A stretch of 62,912 nucleotides of DNA, filler included, from Pelomyxa schiedti (Eukaryota > Protista > Evosea), in NCBI GenBank assembly GCA_020536535.1. It is 9 parts of 9 records of this genome, joined end to end, with 100 filler letters (N's around TTAATTAATTAA, not from the genome) between each part and the next. Parts side by side here need not be neighbours in the genome. Positions count along the whole stretch, not along the records: positions 14,148 to 42,183 come from JAHLWZ010001026.1; 8 more parts are not named here. One strand, given 5' to 3'. How positions within the stretch are numbered: the first letter of the stretch is position 1; each line of letters starts with the position of its first letter. A program made the translations under genes and the position numbers. Shown piece by piece: positions 22,883 through 35,229 of this stretch. The notes under the pieces are model-generated. The model was given only the letters and a program-made list of their open reading frames with translations. It was not told the DNA's origin and made no database searches.

Positions 22883-24034
22883 ATGTCTGTGGAGAAGAGC
22901 TGCACCTGGGGAGACTCACGTTCGACACTCCCACAACCACAAAACGTGGCATGGGCGCGAGACCAAATCGTTGCCTTGTGCACTGGAGTACTTGTTGGGC
23001 GGTGCGCGTCGCAGTCGCCGCTGCGGGTGCTGCCCCACCACGTTCTCTTCCACGACATCGGCCGGAACTGGGTTATGGGTGTTGCCAGGACGGCCATCGT
23101 CAGTGTCGTCCGCGCCGAGGAACCCAACAGCGGCTGGACGTCGTTGTGGTGGTTTGTGAGTGTGTCGCACACACTGGGTGTTGTTGGAATCCAGGTTGAG
23201 GACCCTGGCCTTGGATGTGACCCCAGAAGCGTGTGTGGGTGGGTTGACAGCACTCACATCGTCGTTGCTGGGTGGTCGTCACACAGAATCATCATTATTG
23301 AACTGGCCCCCCGCGGAAAGTTGCTGGCTGAGGTCGAGTTTGCGTCTGCTGAAAGTGATGGGTCCATTGATGGCTTTAAGAGCAACGCGAGGTGGCAGTT
23401 GGTGCACTGCAACAGTTCGGGGAGGATTGTGATGTGGCCAAGGCCACTCCCTGCAACATCACCGGGTGAATCGGTCAAGTCAATCTCCTTGAAGAGGGGT
23501 GAAAAGCTCGGCTGGATTGATGTAACGGATGGGAACACGGCAGTTGTGTCAGTGGTGAAGGGGCGTGAGAATGTGTTGTGGTTTGTCGACTTGGAGAAAA
23601 CTCACCAGAAGGGTGTATTTGTCATCAATCAGGAGTTCCACCTTCCTGCTAAGTGCACTGGCATTTATTGGTCTGCAGAGCATGGTTTCATTGTTTCCAT
23701 CAAGAACAGTGGGAAGGGTTCTGGGTTTATGATCCTGGCCACACGCCAAGTGCTGCAGGAGTGCACTGGGACCCCTGTCAAGGTTGATGACAGCCACTTT
23801 CACGGGGAATCTTACCACCCAATTCAAGTGTTTTCGCTGACTGACTGTGAGTCTTCCTGCTGTGAGTTCGACACAGCCAGTTGCATTGCTGTTGCTGTGT
23901 CCAATGGCTTCGTTGTTCGACACATAGAGGAACACTATGAACTAGCTGATGCAGTGTCTGGCCGTTTATTATGGTCTCAACCTTTGCCCCCATTAATAGC
24001 AACCTCAATCCCCATGACATTCAGCTCATTCTGA
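22883..24034 (+). CDS. Intronless family member C1 (383 aa)
   Basis: ARDQIVAL, GRCASQSP, IGRNWV, VSHTLGVV, NARWQL, FVDLEKT, DAVSG. Confidence 0.85.
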   Translation: MSVEKSCTWGDSRSTLPQPQNVAWARDQIVALCTGVLVGRCASQSPLRVLPHHVLFHDIGRNWVMGVARTAIVSVVRAEEPNSGWTSLWWFVSVSHTLGVVGIQVEDPGLGCDPRSVCGWVDSTHIVVAGWSSHRIIIIELAPRGKLLAEVEFASAESDGSIDGFKSNARWQLVHCNSSGRIVMWPRPLPATSPGESVKSISLKRGEKLGWIDVTDGNTAVVSVVKGRENVLWFVDLEKTHQKGVFVINQEFHLPAKCTGIYWSAEHGFIVSIKNSGKGSGFMILATRQVLQECTGTPVKVDDSHFHGESYHPIQVFSLTDCESSCCEFDTASCIAVAVSNGFVVRHIEEHYELADAVSGRLLWSQPLPPLIATSIPMTFSSF

Positions 24035-24106
24035 ATCTCCTCAATGAAGATTTGTGTGATCATAGTCGTGGTACCAGAAAAGAAGGACTTCTCGGAATAA
24101 TTACTG

Positions 24107-25300
24107 ATGGAAGGAGGTGCCGAAGGTGACGTCGTCGATCTTGGGGAGTCAAGTGCCAACGTCGATCCCTGGCACTTGTTGCTCCCTGCTCCTGATCACG
24201 TCGAATGGGCACGTGACCAATTTGTTGCCTTGTGCTGCGCCGGCATTGTGGGACGGTGTGCCTCGCGGTCGCCGGTGGGGTTGGTACCGCCCCACGTGTT
24301 GTGCCATGAAATAGGGCGGAAGTGGATCATGGGAGCGCGTGGGAGGGCCTTGGTGGGCTCCGATTACTATTCCCACGAGAAGAAGCGACTGTGGTGGTTC
24401 ATTTGCGTGTCGCACACCCTGGGTGTTGTTGGAATCGAGTACGAGACTTTTACCAACTGCCATGACTGGAGATTGGTTTCTGTGGTTGACCAGGGGCACA
24501 TGGTCATTGGCGGGACACAACATTTGGGATTGTGTGTGATGGTGGCGATGCCAACGCGGAGAGTGGTCGCCCGCATGCGCAAAATCTCGTACTACGAAAA
24601 TAGGGGTGTTGGAAATGAATTGTGGCAGTTGGTGTACACAAGGAATGCGATTGCAATGTGGCAGAAACCTCTGCTGGCAATAACTGGAAATCCAGTTAGG
24701 GAAGTGTCACTGGCAGAGGGCGAAACCCTGGAGTGGATCGACACATTGTATGGCAATACCGCGGCAGTATCAGTGTTGAAGGGAGGCAAGCACGTGCTGT
24801 GGTTTGTTGACATGGAGAAAACTCACCAGCAGGGTTACTTCTTCATCACCAAAGAGTTCCCCGTGGAATCCAAATGCACTGGTGTTTATTGGTCTCACAG
24901 GGATGGTTTCATTGCCACACTGAAGAGTGCAGCATTAAGACGGTACTGCCTGATGAGCCTGACCACTCATCAAGTTCTTCGGAGCTGCCCAAAGAATGTT
25001 CTTCCAGAAAAAGTCAATGACACACACTTCCTCGAGTTCACTGACGTTGATGAGGGAACCGTCAACGTGTTCTCCACAGACGACTGTGGTTCTCCCTGCC
25101 GTGTGCTCCACATTGGTTACGGAAGCTTCTTTGGAGTTCCCCGTGGCAGCTGCTTTGCAGTATGCAATGGAATGATTGCCTTTAGAAGACGGGGCCGTGT
25201 AGAACTCGTTGATGCAGTGACTGGCCGTTCATTGTGGTGTCAGCCTGTTCCTGATGACTGGAGCTCCTGCAGCAGTTCCCTCACACTGTATGCTTTCTAA
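24107..25300 (+). CDS. Intronless family member C2 (397 aa), tandem paralog of C1
   Basis: ARDQFVAL, GRCASRSP, IGRKWI, VSHTLGVV, FVDMEKT, DAVTG. Confidence 0.85.
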   Translation: MEGGAEGDVVDLGESSANVDPWHLLLPAPDHVEWARDQFVALCCAGIVGRCASRSPVGLVPPHVLCHEIGRKWIMGARGRALVGSDYYSHEKKRLWWFICVSHTLGVVGIEYETFTNCHDWRLVSVVDQGHMVIGGTQHLGLCVMVAMPTRRVVARMRKISYYENRGVGNELWQLVYTRNAIAMWQKPLLAITGNPVREVSLAEGETLEWIDTLYGNTAAVSVLKGGKHVLWFVDMEKTHQQGYFFITKEFPVESKCTGVYWSHRDGFIATLKSAALRRYCLMSLTTHQVLRSCPKNVLPEKVNDTHFLEFTDVDEGTVNVFSTDDCGSPCRVLHIGYGSFFGVPRGSCFAVCNGMIAFRRRGRVELVDAVTGRSLWCQPVPDDWSSCSSSLTLYAF

Positions 25301-25409
25301 AACTGTCATCACTGAAAAAAAACAACACCAGTTTCGATTTAGAAGACGTAACACTCCATCAAGTGCACCCTTGCTGGTACTCAGCTCCCATGTATGTTTG
25401 CTGTGGTTC

Positions 25410-25481
25410 TGGGAGGATTGTGATGTGGCCAAGGCCACTCCCTGCAACTGCACCAGGTGAATTGGTGAGGTCTATCTCCTG
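25410..25481 (+). pseudogene. Short relic of a C1-like gene
   Basis: ggaggattgtgatgtggccaaggccactccctgcaac...ggtgaa aligns to 23421-23490. Confidence 0.6.
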
Positions 25482-27333
25482 GGTCAATGCAATGCCCGGA
25501 AACACGGCCAACAAGCGTTGGTAGTTACACAACAAATCAAAAAAATTTTTTTGTGGAGATATTGTGCCACCTTGTAAATGGAGTTTGCTGTTGTTGTTGT
25601 TGTTGCTGGGAAGAAGTTGCTGGGGTTGCTGGTGGTGGGTTCCCCCAGATCATGCAGAGCCAAGGGGTGAAATTGGGTTGTGCAAAGTGGGGTGGGATTC
25701 ACATTCCTTGCACCACCACTACCCAATAACTCCCCAAAGAACTCCATCACCGGCGGTCCTGCACCGATTTCGCGGAGATTTTGCTGTTGGGGGTTTTGAT
25801 GTCATTTGATGATGGATGGCAATTCCAAATCGGGCTCTGAGATATGAGCTCTCTCCTCTGTGATACAATGTTAGCTTGGAGTGTAATTTTCGAAAACACT
25901 GATTATACCTCTTTTATGTTGTTGTCAGTGACCATATGTATGATGGTATATGCATCATCTCCATTCCTGGTGGGTGCACTACGTCACATACACAGACGAA
26001 GAGATATAAATTGGAGTGTGGCTTACCTTGGTACTATTTGTTGCCGAAACAGCGACTCTTTAGGTGGAGGCAACATCACATGGATTATTCCCGTACCGAT
26101 CGGAAAAAAGACAACAAATTGGACAGCGCGGTGATGAGGAAGTGGGTTGTGGATTGTGGGTTGGATGGTTCATCGCCGAAGACGTGGTTATTGTTGAGGA
26201 ACTTGTTCGTGCGACGTGTACACCACGAAGCGGTGCCGTTATGGGATGCCAGGGCGGAGTGGTACGTGTGCCTGTAGTATCTCGGCACGTGGTTGGCGTG
26301 GCACCCTCGGCGGTGGGGTTGCGCGATCTGCGTTATTCGTCAGCGCGTCGTGGTGCTCCACACACAAAAAAAAAAAAAAAGGTGGGGAAGGGAAAAGAGG
26401 GGGGAAACGAAGGTGTGTAGAGGTACCTGTTGGTTACACCGTCACCATGTGTGCGTAAAAGCGATCTCACGGTCGTGTCGCCGGTAGTGCCGGCACTCGT
26501 GTGTGGTTGTTATTTTTTTTTTTTTCGTCTAGTTGGTCAGATTTTTCTTGGAGATCTGGGATTTTTTCTGTTTTACCTGCAACTGCAACAATTGCTTCGG
26601 ACCAGTGTAGTGTATATGCGCAGAGACTGGCTCTAGGACTCACCTGCACAGTGATGGGCTTCCACTTCCCTCAGACTCTGGGAGTCCAGGACTGGTCCGA
26701 GACTGGGACACCAGAAGGCTGGATCTGCCCGAAATAACGCAGAATGTTTCGCCGGGTTGTTGTAACGTTGCAACGTCGGGGGAAACTGCGGAACGAAGGC
26801 ACAACGCACCCGCTACGGTGACAAGTGAATGCGCGTGTAGTAGCAGTCGTACTCGTACTCGTACTAGTAGCAGGGCCGTGGAAAGGATGTCATCCCACAC
26901 TAAAAGGGGAAAAAGGTGCGTTGTATGTTTGTTTTTGAGTTGATGCGTGAGGCCACATGTGTGTACACCAACAACCTGTTGGGTCCAGAGACGTTGCATT
27001 GCGATAATTGCTGAGGGCGAGGGACCTTAACACCACTAATCACCCCTTCTTTTTCTTGGCATGACACACAACCAAGCAACACAACCGCGATTTTGTTGTT
27101 TAAATTTAAACTTAGCCGAAACAGCCTTTTCTTCTAAATTGTCATTTGATTGAATCGGGAGGAGTGCAGCTCGCAGGGGGACGACGAGGGAATGACCATC
27201 GCGCCTGAGGGGTGTAATGACAGCGATGACTGTGGGCAACCCATCCACTGGCTGGGCTTCCTCCGTCCATTGGCACTGTTCGGCGAAAACCTCTGGTTGA
27301 TGAGTTACGCATTCTAAGTCGCCACGTGCCACT

Positions 27334-28285
27334 GTGGTCCCACTACAACTACAACAGCAAAGTGATGGTTACTCACCAGTGGACCACGATACCCCGGCAC
27401 CATCATCAGACCCGACCTCACACGCTGCAGACACAACAACATCTACAAAAGAACAACAACAACAAACAGAAGAAGAACCTAATCCCGTCGCTGTCGATTG
27501 CAGCCTGAGGGCTGTTGACCAGGTCGTTGCACTCTGTGGGTTGTCCATCGACAGGTGCTGCGGAGCGGAAGCCAGTGTGTCGGGCAGGGCCGTGTGCAGA
27601 ATTATGGGCCGGCGGGGCTGCCCAACGCAGGTTCGTCCTCGTGACATCCACTGTGGGCAGGGAGCTGGCACCGTCGTTTGGGCTGTCACCATTGTTGCTA
27701 TCCGTGACGCCGTCACTGGATGGAATCTGATTCCTCTTGAGGAGCTTATTTCCAGGCAATGTACCTGGTGATCTCCAAGAAACAGGAACCAGTTTTGAGA
27801 AGGCAGGGAAAGGTAAGGGATAAAAGAGTGGGCCAGAGAGTGGTTCTGTAACTTGAATTGATGTGGTGCCCACTGAACAGAGTCATTCAGCTGTGACATC
27901 AGTCCACTTCTGCAGCGTGAGATTTCAGTTGAAGTGCCTGTTGTTGCATCCAAAGAAAAACAGAATCCGAATCCACAATGAAAACCAGAGCCCCTGTTTT
28001 CCTCCTCGTCATAAGAACTCCAAATAAGGAATAATCAGGTTGATATTGAGTGGTGCTCTGAACACTCAACTCTTTTCTCTCAAAGGCCGGGTGAATCGGT
28101 CAAGTCAATCTCCTTGAAGACGGGTGAGAAGCTCGGCTGGATCCGCGCAATGCACGGGAGCACTGCAGTTGTGTCAGTGGTGAAGGGGCGTGAGTCTCCC
28201 TGCGGTAAGTTCGAGACTGCCAAATGTGTTTTTTGCCTTTGGGGTGTCCAATGGCTTCATGGTCCGACTCAGGACACATAGATGA
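27334..28285 (+). pseudogene. Frameshifted family relic(s): a divergent 5' half plus a C1-like 3' fragment
   Basis: AVDQVVAL...DRCCG in one frame, ELW...FGLSPLLLSV in another. 28088-28285 matches 23462-23569 fused to 23852-23935. Confidence 0.65.
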
Positions 28286-28450
28286 ATTTCATTAAAGGAA
28301 AAAGGATCATTCCATTAATTTGTTTTCGATGTCCCACAAGAATGGTTTCATTGCCAATCCTGCTTCCTCCTGAAAAGCCATCTCTCGTTCTGGTGCGTGG
28401 CTGATTGATTGGTGGACTCTGTGTAGAGTGTGTCAAATTGGTTTGTTCTA

Positions 28451-29689
28451 TTATAAGACCGAGAAAAGGGTGGCGAGGACGAGGGCTACGAGTGCGACTT
28501 TGGTGTATGACCCGCTAGAGTAAGCCATCTGTGTTGTGGTGTTAGATCGTTGCAGGAAAGGGAGTTCACTACCTGGACTTTGTTTCCGGAATGTGTAAAT
28601 GTAACTGTCTCTCCCTCTAGTTTGTAGTATGTCACGTAGAGCCTACGCAAATTGGTGAGAAAAAGATGGAATCAGGAATGCAGAGGTAATAATACTTGGA
28701 GCCTTCGTCCATTGTCTCTGAGCTCACACCAACTGCAATGTTTCATTAGCTTGCATGATAGACTAGACAATAGTTACCTTGGAATGGATTGGCTTTGTCC
28801 CCAAAGTAAACTCTAGAGATGCCAAGCCAGCCAGTGCCCTTTTCGGTTGAAGTCTTGTTCCCATTTGTGGTGTACACGTACTCTTGTTAGTGAATTAACT
28901 CTCAATGGATGATTGGAAAATTGAAATACCAGCAATCAGTGAACTGTTGGCCTTCTTGATCTTTTTGGGTTGTTACAAATAATGAAGATGAGCCATAAGA
29001 GTACCTTGTAGTCCTGAATCTGGAAAACCCAAGTGAAGTATGTGTTGTTTGATGTAGTTTTGTCAGTAACGGTCGGTGTGTAGGAGATCTCCGTCATTCT
29101 GGGGTCTGTCTCGTTGTACTTGGAGCTCATCACAAAGGTAATCTTGTCCGTTTCCTTTCCTTCAGGGAATGAGTTCCGGAGAAAAGTAGTTTAGACTTTA
29201 GACTCATAATGCATACCGGGTGTGGTGAATTCCCATGGGCGATCTGTAAATGTGACTTTCGAATCTTGTACCGCAGTATCCTACAAGTGTTGAGTTCAAA
29301 TAGATGTAAGGGCAGTCTTTACCTTTGAAGGATCATATACTTTCCGGCCCTCACCGAGCTCGGACTCGAACAAAGATACCAACCGAAGTGCATACTGTGT
29401 GTCCTCGAGACGTCGCAAAAACCATGAAAACTGTGGCTCGCCAGATTCTGCCAAGCAATGAGCCAATGAAAGATAATGGAAGAAAGGACACACCTGATGT
29501 GAAAGCGATCGAGATAGCAGACGAATTGACAATGACTCCTGTCGGTTATATGTTGGTAATAATAAATAATGTTATTATTAACGTGACACTGGAGAATAAT
29601 AAGGAACCGTTTTCAGGTGTGTCGTCGTACGTCAGCTTAGCACAAACAAAGACCACCAACTGAAGTATCAACAGGATACTAGTACTCAT
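28451..29689 (-). CDS. Hypothetical secreted, membrane- or GPI-anchored protein (multi-exon)
   Basis: N-terminal MSTSILLILQLVVFVCA signal peptide, beta-rich exons, hydrophobic C-terminus VALVALVLATLFSVL*. Confidence 0.6.
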
Positions 29690-29929
29690 TTGTCGATGTC
29701 GCTGCAGACCACAAAGGAACGTACTGCTGCTTCTCAGTTTATTTAAATTGTGTCAACGATCTTCTCTTCACCTTAAAATAAATGAGCGCAGGGGAATTGT
29801 GCCACATGCCAACATGCCAACCCGTCATTGTGATTAATTTCCAGTTCGCCCGTTTGATGGGCAATCTTCGAATATTTTTGTTTTTTATTTTTCGTTCACC
29901 GAGATCCACGTGTCAGGTGCGGCGATACG

Positions 29930-31576
29930 ATGAAGAAAGCGCACAAACAACAGCAAAAGAAGAAGACCAGCAAGCTGCGTGTTGCATTCTTGCACCCAGA
30001 TCTCGGCATTGGTATGAACTCACTTCACTTTGGTTTGTGGTGACGTACCAATGGCTTGAAAGGAGGTGCAGAACGACTGGTTGTTGATGCCGGTCTCGCG
30101 TTGCAATCGAAACTGTGCGATGTTACAATGTTTACTTCACACCACGACCGGACTCACTGCTTCCCTGAAACATTGGGTAAGTTTGTGCTGTTTCTTTTTC
30201 TTCTTTGGGACAAATCCCAGGCAGGCTGCCCGTGAGGGTTTACGGCGATTGGATGCCTCGCCACATTTTTGGGAAGTTCCATATTTTATTCGCTGTATTG
30301 AGGTCATTATGGCTTGCCCTGGCCTTATGGGTAACTTGCGGCTCTCGCGGTTTTGATGTACTCGTCGTGGATCAAGTTTCGGCCTGCGTGCCGTTATTGC
30401 GACTTCTTATGCGGGCAAAGGTACAACCAATAACTCGCAACAAGCTAAATTCACAAACAAAGATTTTGTTCTACTGTCATTTCCCGGATAAACTTCTCTC
30501 TACAAGAAAATCCCTTTTCAAAAGAATTTATCGACTTCCCTTCGACTTACTTGAAGAATTTTCAACAGGTTCAAATTACATTTCCCAAATAGATTCTTGA
30601 CAATTCTTAAGCTATGGCGCACCGCGTTGCTGTAAACTCTAATTTCACTGCTGAAACATTTGCAAGGGAATTTCCTCACATTCACAGTCACCCTTGTGTA
30701 ATTTATCCCTCCATCAACTGTTCCAAGTATGATGAAGTTCCTCCCGAAACCACATGCCCCTTACCTGAGCTTCCTCGGTATTAACACTCATATATGAAAC
30801 AACTTACCCCTTTTTAGAGAAGCGACAATATTTTTATCCATCAACCGCTTTGAAAGAAAGAAAAATGTAATGCTAGCCCTGGAGGCATTCAATCTCCTTT
30901 TGAAGGAAAAGATAGAATGGCCAAACCCACTGGTCCTTGTTATTGCGGGTATGGGAAAAGGTACAGAAGCCACGTCCTAAAAGTCTTTCTCCCAAGGTGG
31001 TCACGATCCCCGTGTTTCAGAGAACGTAGAATACCTTGCCGAATTGACCAAGAGAGCTAAAGAACTTGGTATTTTATCTCAGGTTAGGCTCACTTTGTTT
31101 ATATCTCAGTAAATGCTCTTTAGGTAATCTTCGTTCCAAATTTTACGGATGTTCAACGCAACTACTTGCTCAAACAATGTGTATGCTTGTTGTATACTCC
31201 CTCCCATGAACATTTTGGCATTGTGCCAATAGAGGCCATGTATTGTAGAGTCCCAGTAGTGGTATTATTCAACACTAGTAAAATATTGACAAATGTTAAT
31301 CGCTCCAAGGCTGTAAATAATGGAGGACCACTCGAGACTGTTATAGATAAAGAAACTGGATTTTTGTGCAATTCAACACCTCAAGTACTACCAACTCCCA
31401 CTCAACATCAAACTCTAACCAAGCTGGGACAGGACTTTGCACGTGCAATGTTCACAATAGCAGAAGACCTGAAAGCCGCCAAAGCCATGGGAGAAGCCGG
31501 CCGACAGATGGTCATTGACCGCTTCTCCTTCGCCAGCTTCGCCGACCAACTCCACTCCGCCGTGACTTCCCTATGA
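29930..31576 (+). CDS. ALG2: Alpha-1,3/1,6-mannosyltransferase ALG2
   Basis: [69 protein letters not shown]. Confidence 0.95.
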
Positions 31577-31696
31577 TCACCACCCTCTCAGAACCCTGAA
31601 GCCTGTTTCTAATTCATTTCTAAGAGCACGGCTTTTTTTCGTTTTCCAACAGATACGCGCTTCGCAGTTGCACATCAATTAATTAAACACCCGAGA

Positions 31697-34600
31697 ATGG
31701 GCCGAAAGCACGCCAACAAGACACACAAGCGCAATGCCGGCACCACCACCAAGGCAACACCTGTCAAAGTCAAAACCGAACTCGCCGACGATCCGATAGA
31801 AATCGCTTCCCCCAACAACACTCAAGCCAGCAACAAGGGAGGCCTCCCATCCACGGCGGCTGCGGCCCCCGACGTAGCCGCGGTTGCTGCAGCGCCACCG
31901 CCGGCGGCCCCGCCGGCGCCCCCGCAGACGTTCAAGCGCGGCACGCCGGTGAACGACGCGTTCGGGTTCCTGTCGAAGGGCGCCAGGTTCGACAAGCGGC
32001 GCTACTCTGACGACGTGCAGATGTTCAAGAACACGTTCGTGGGGTCGACGTGGCTGGACCCCGACACGGCCAGGGCCCCCAAGTCGGCGTCGGCCGCGTA
32101 CCCCACCGTCGTGCCCGTTCCCCCTTCCCACGTTCCCAAGCCCCCTGAGGACCAATCTGGATCCACGGCAGCTGCAGGGGATTCCGAGAAAGATGCTGGG
32201 GAAAAAACAGAGAAGGATGGTGAGGAGGAGGAAGACGAAGACGAAGAGGGCGGAAAACTGCCGATGAAGCGGGGCGCTGCGTCGAAGGACGCGGGGATGG
32301 AGAAGCAGGCGAAGAGGCCAAAGAAAGCAGCAAAGGCGGAGAACAAGAAAGGTGCGGCCAAAGTGAAGCCGGAGGACCAGGAAGAAGAGGAGGCGTCCAA
32401 CTCTGATTATAACGATGCTGATGATGAGGACGCGGGGGAAGACGCCTACGATGTGCAGTCACTCCCTCGCGGTGAGGGCAAGGCCGAAAAGGCTGAGGCG
32501 GCAGATCCACACCTGCCGGAGACCATACCCATAATCAAGCCCGGCGCATCCGACAGTGCACCGGCTCTGTTTTCGTCGGTGCCTGTTATGTCCCATACTC
32601 CGCAGATGGTGAAGCAGGCTTATGAGGACGTGAAGCCCTTGTCATCGGTAGAACCTCACATCCAGGCTATTTTTGATGCGTATGAAACTCACGGACTATC
32701 TATGTTTCATTGAAGAAGCCTGATCAATCTTTAGGAATGAGATCACTGTGCAGGGTGTTAATATTCCGGATCCTGTTTCCACCTTTGAGGACGTCGTTGA
32801 CCGATACAACCTCCCTAAATCTGTACTTATCAACATAAATACCTCTGGGTGGCTGTCTCCGCTGCCAATCCAAGTAACCCTTCACCTCAACCCTGCTTCT
32901 ATTTCCTCACCGTTTTGTAAGATGGTATGCCTCCCACTTTTACTGGAAAGCAGGGAAGTTATGGGAATCGCTCCGACTGGTTCAGGCAAAACTGCTGCAT
33001 TTGTGTTACCAATTTTGAATAGGCTCAAGGAACACAAGAACGGAGGTATTCGAGCAGTAATTCTTGCTCCTACAAAGGAGTTGGCACAGCAGACATACAG
33101 GTTAACTCACAGAATGTCTTTAGCCTTTTGTCTAAAAAAAATACAATTCTAGAGTTATCAAAGAGCTAAGCAGGGGAATTCCCTTTCGAACCTGTGTCTT
33201 GACACGAATTGATCCTACTAAAAACGATAACGTGGATGCTAACTTCGATATCCTTGTGTCTGCTCCACTGAAACTAGTTCAGCTGATACAATTTCGCGTA
33301 CTCCTCTCCACTATATCTCTATGAGATAATCAAGAACAGGCAGTAAATTTGAATAAAGTGGAATTTCTCATTCTGGACGAAGCAGATCGTCTGTTCTCAG
33401 ATCAGTATATTCATCATGTACGTACTTCTTCATTCCTCTGTCAAATGTAACGATTTCACCCAAGGTGGATAAAATTATTGCTGCATGTCAGGGATTGATA
33501 TCTGCCAGGAGGGAGTCCTCGGGAGAAAACAAAAGTACTCTGCAGGCCAACAAAAAACTCTCTACAATCCAAGTGTGCATGTTTAGTGCGACAATTTCCC
33601 CAGAAGTCCAAGAAATGTGCCACACTGTGATGTCTGATCCTGTGTTCGTGATGGTTGGAAAGCCAAATACTCCAACTCTCAATGTAGATCAGAAGCTTCT
33701 ATTTGTTGGAAGTGAAAGGGTTTGTTTACTCCTCAGAGTTCATTGCAATATGATTAATTCCCTATAGGGTAAATTGTTGGCAATTCAGGAATTTCTTGTG
33801 AAAGGGATTCCTCCACCCGTGCTCATTTTTGTGCAAACCAAAGAGCGTGCAGTCGAGTTAGCCAAAGAGGTAACTATTTCTGTTGTGTCTGCTTGTTGTT
33901 GAATTATTCTCCACAGCTATCGTTTTTTGGAGTCAGATCAGATGCAATGCATGATAGTAGATCACCACAGGAGGTTCTTAACTCGCGTTGGCAAGTACCT
34001 ACTGAAACAAAAATAGAAAGATGAAGTACTGGATAGATTTCGGCAAGGAAAGATTTGGATGTTAGTTACCACAGATGTACTGGCCCGCGGTAAAGCCGAA
34101 TTTATAATTCTTCATTCAACTTACATGGTCAAGGTATGGACTTCAAAGCCGTGCGAGTTGTAATCAACTACGATTTCCCGGACAGCGTTGTTGACTACAT
34201 CCACAGGCAAACCCTTTAAGTGGCCGCTTTATAGAAGCCTAACATTTCCCACAGAATCGGTAGAACCGGCCGTGCAAACCGGCAAGGAAGAGCCATTACC
34301 TTTTATACTGAGGATGAAGTAGCCGCTGTTGCCGCTGTGGCCGGGAGTATGAGACAGGCAGGGTGCGTGGTGCCCGATTGGCTGGTGGAACTGGGAGGAG
34401 AGTATGTCGACACACCTGCCATGAGGATTAGGGGAAGCATCTCCATGCAGGAACCGGCGGTCGTGAAGGTTCCTACTAGAGAGCTGCGCGGAAGAGGAGG
34501 GAGGGGAGGAACAGACAGAGAAGAAAGAGGAGGGAGGGGGAGAGGCCGCGGTCGCCGCGGCGATGTATCAGGAGTTATAATAGGAGGCGACGCGGTGGCC

Positions 34601-34978
34601 AACAAAACCGACCCTGAGCGAGGTGATAGGGTGATTCTGGGGGCAGAAGGCGTATCACGCAAAGGTGTCATTGTGGGAGGCAAGGGGTTCACCATGCCAT
34701 TCACTCAACGGCAACAACAGGAAGAAGAACCACAACCACAACAACCACACACAGACCGGGACATCAACACCACACAAGGAGCCTTGAGAGGGGTACGGGG
34801 CAGAGGAGGGCCAGCCCAACGAGGGCGAGGCAACAACAGCAGCATCAGAGGAACAAGTACAATTAACAGAGGAACCAGAGGAACTGGCACAAGGGGAAGG
34901 GGAAGAGGCATAAGCAACACAAGGGGGAGAGGTAGTAGCACTAGAGGAAGAAGAGGAACAAGAGGGAGGGGTCAATAG
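31697..34978 (+). CDS. DDX52: DEAD-box RNA helicase DDX52/ROK1 with long charged N-terminus and RG-rich C-terminus
   Basis: [72 protein letters not shown]; N-terminal [12 protein letters not shown]. Confidence 0.9.
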
Positions 34979-35044
34979 GAAAGGGAGAACCCCACTTCTT
35001 TTTCTAGTGAGTGGTCCAACCATGACAAAACAAAACAAAAAAAG

Positions 35045-35124
35045 GTATCAGATGGTGATGCATGTTTGAATGAAGTTGTGTTCATTTTCATGTGGTTTCA
35101 ATACCGTAACTTTTGTCATCATAC
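35045..35124 (-). ncRNA. Box C/D snoRNA, U33/SNORD33/snR55-like (18S Um1269 in yeast numbering)
   Basis: Box C ATGATGA (35122-35116), box D CTGA (35051-35048), short GTA/TAC terminal stem. Guide CATGCATCACCAT pairs with conserved SSU UGGUGGUGCAUG (one G-U), and the D+5 rule targets the second U. Followed by a T-run. Confidence 0.8.
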
Positions 35125-35229
35125 GGTTAGGGCAACCCTAATTCCAAAACCCTAAACATTTCGGGAGGATTCGGTGAGGCACACCGCTGTAATCAACTTG
35201 TGGGAAAGAAGATGACGGTGTTAGGGCTA

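Noticed and set aside
25484-26360. Possible degenerate protein kinase gene on the minus strand
   Set aside because: Only faint echoes (HANHVPRYY, DIK) in different frames with stops; no supportable model could be built.
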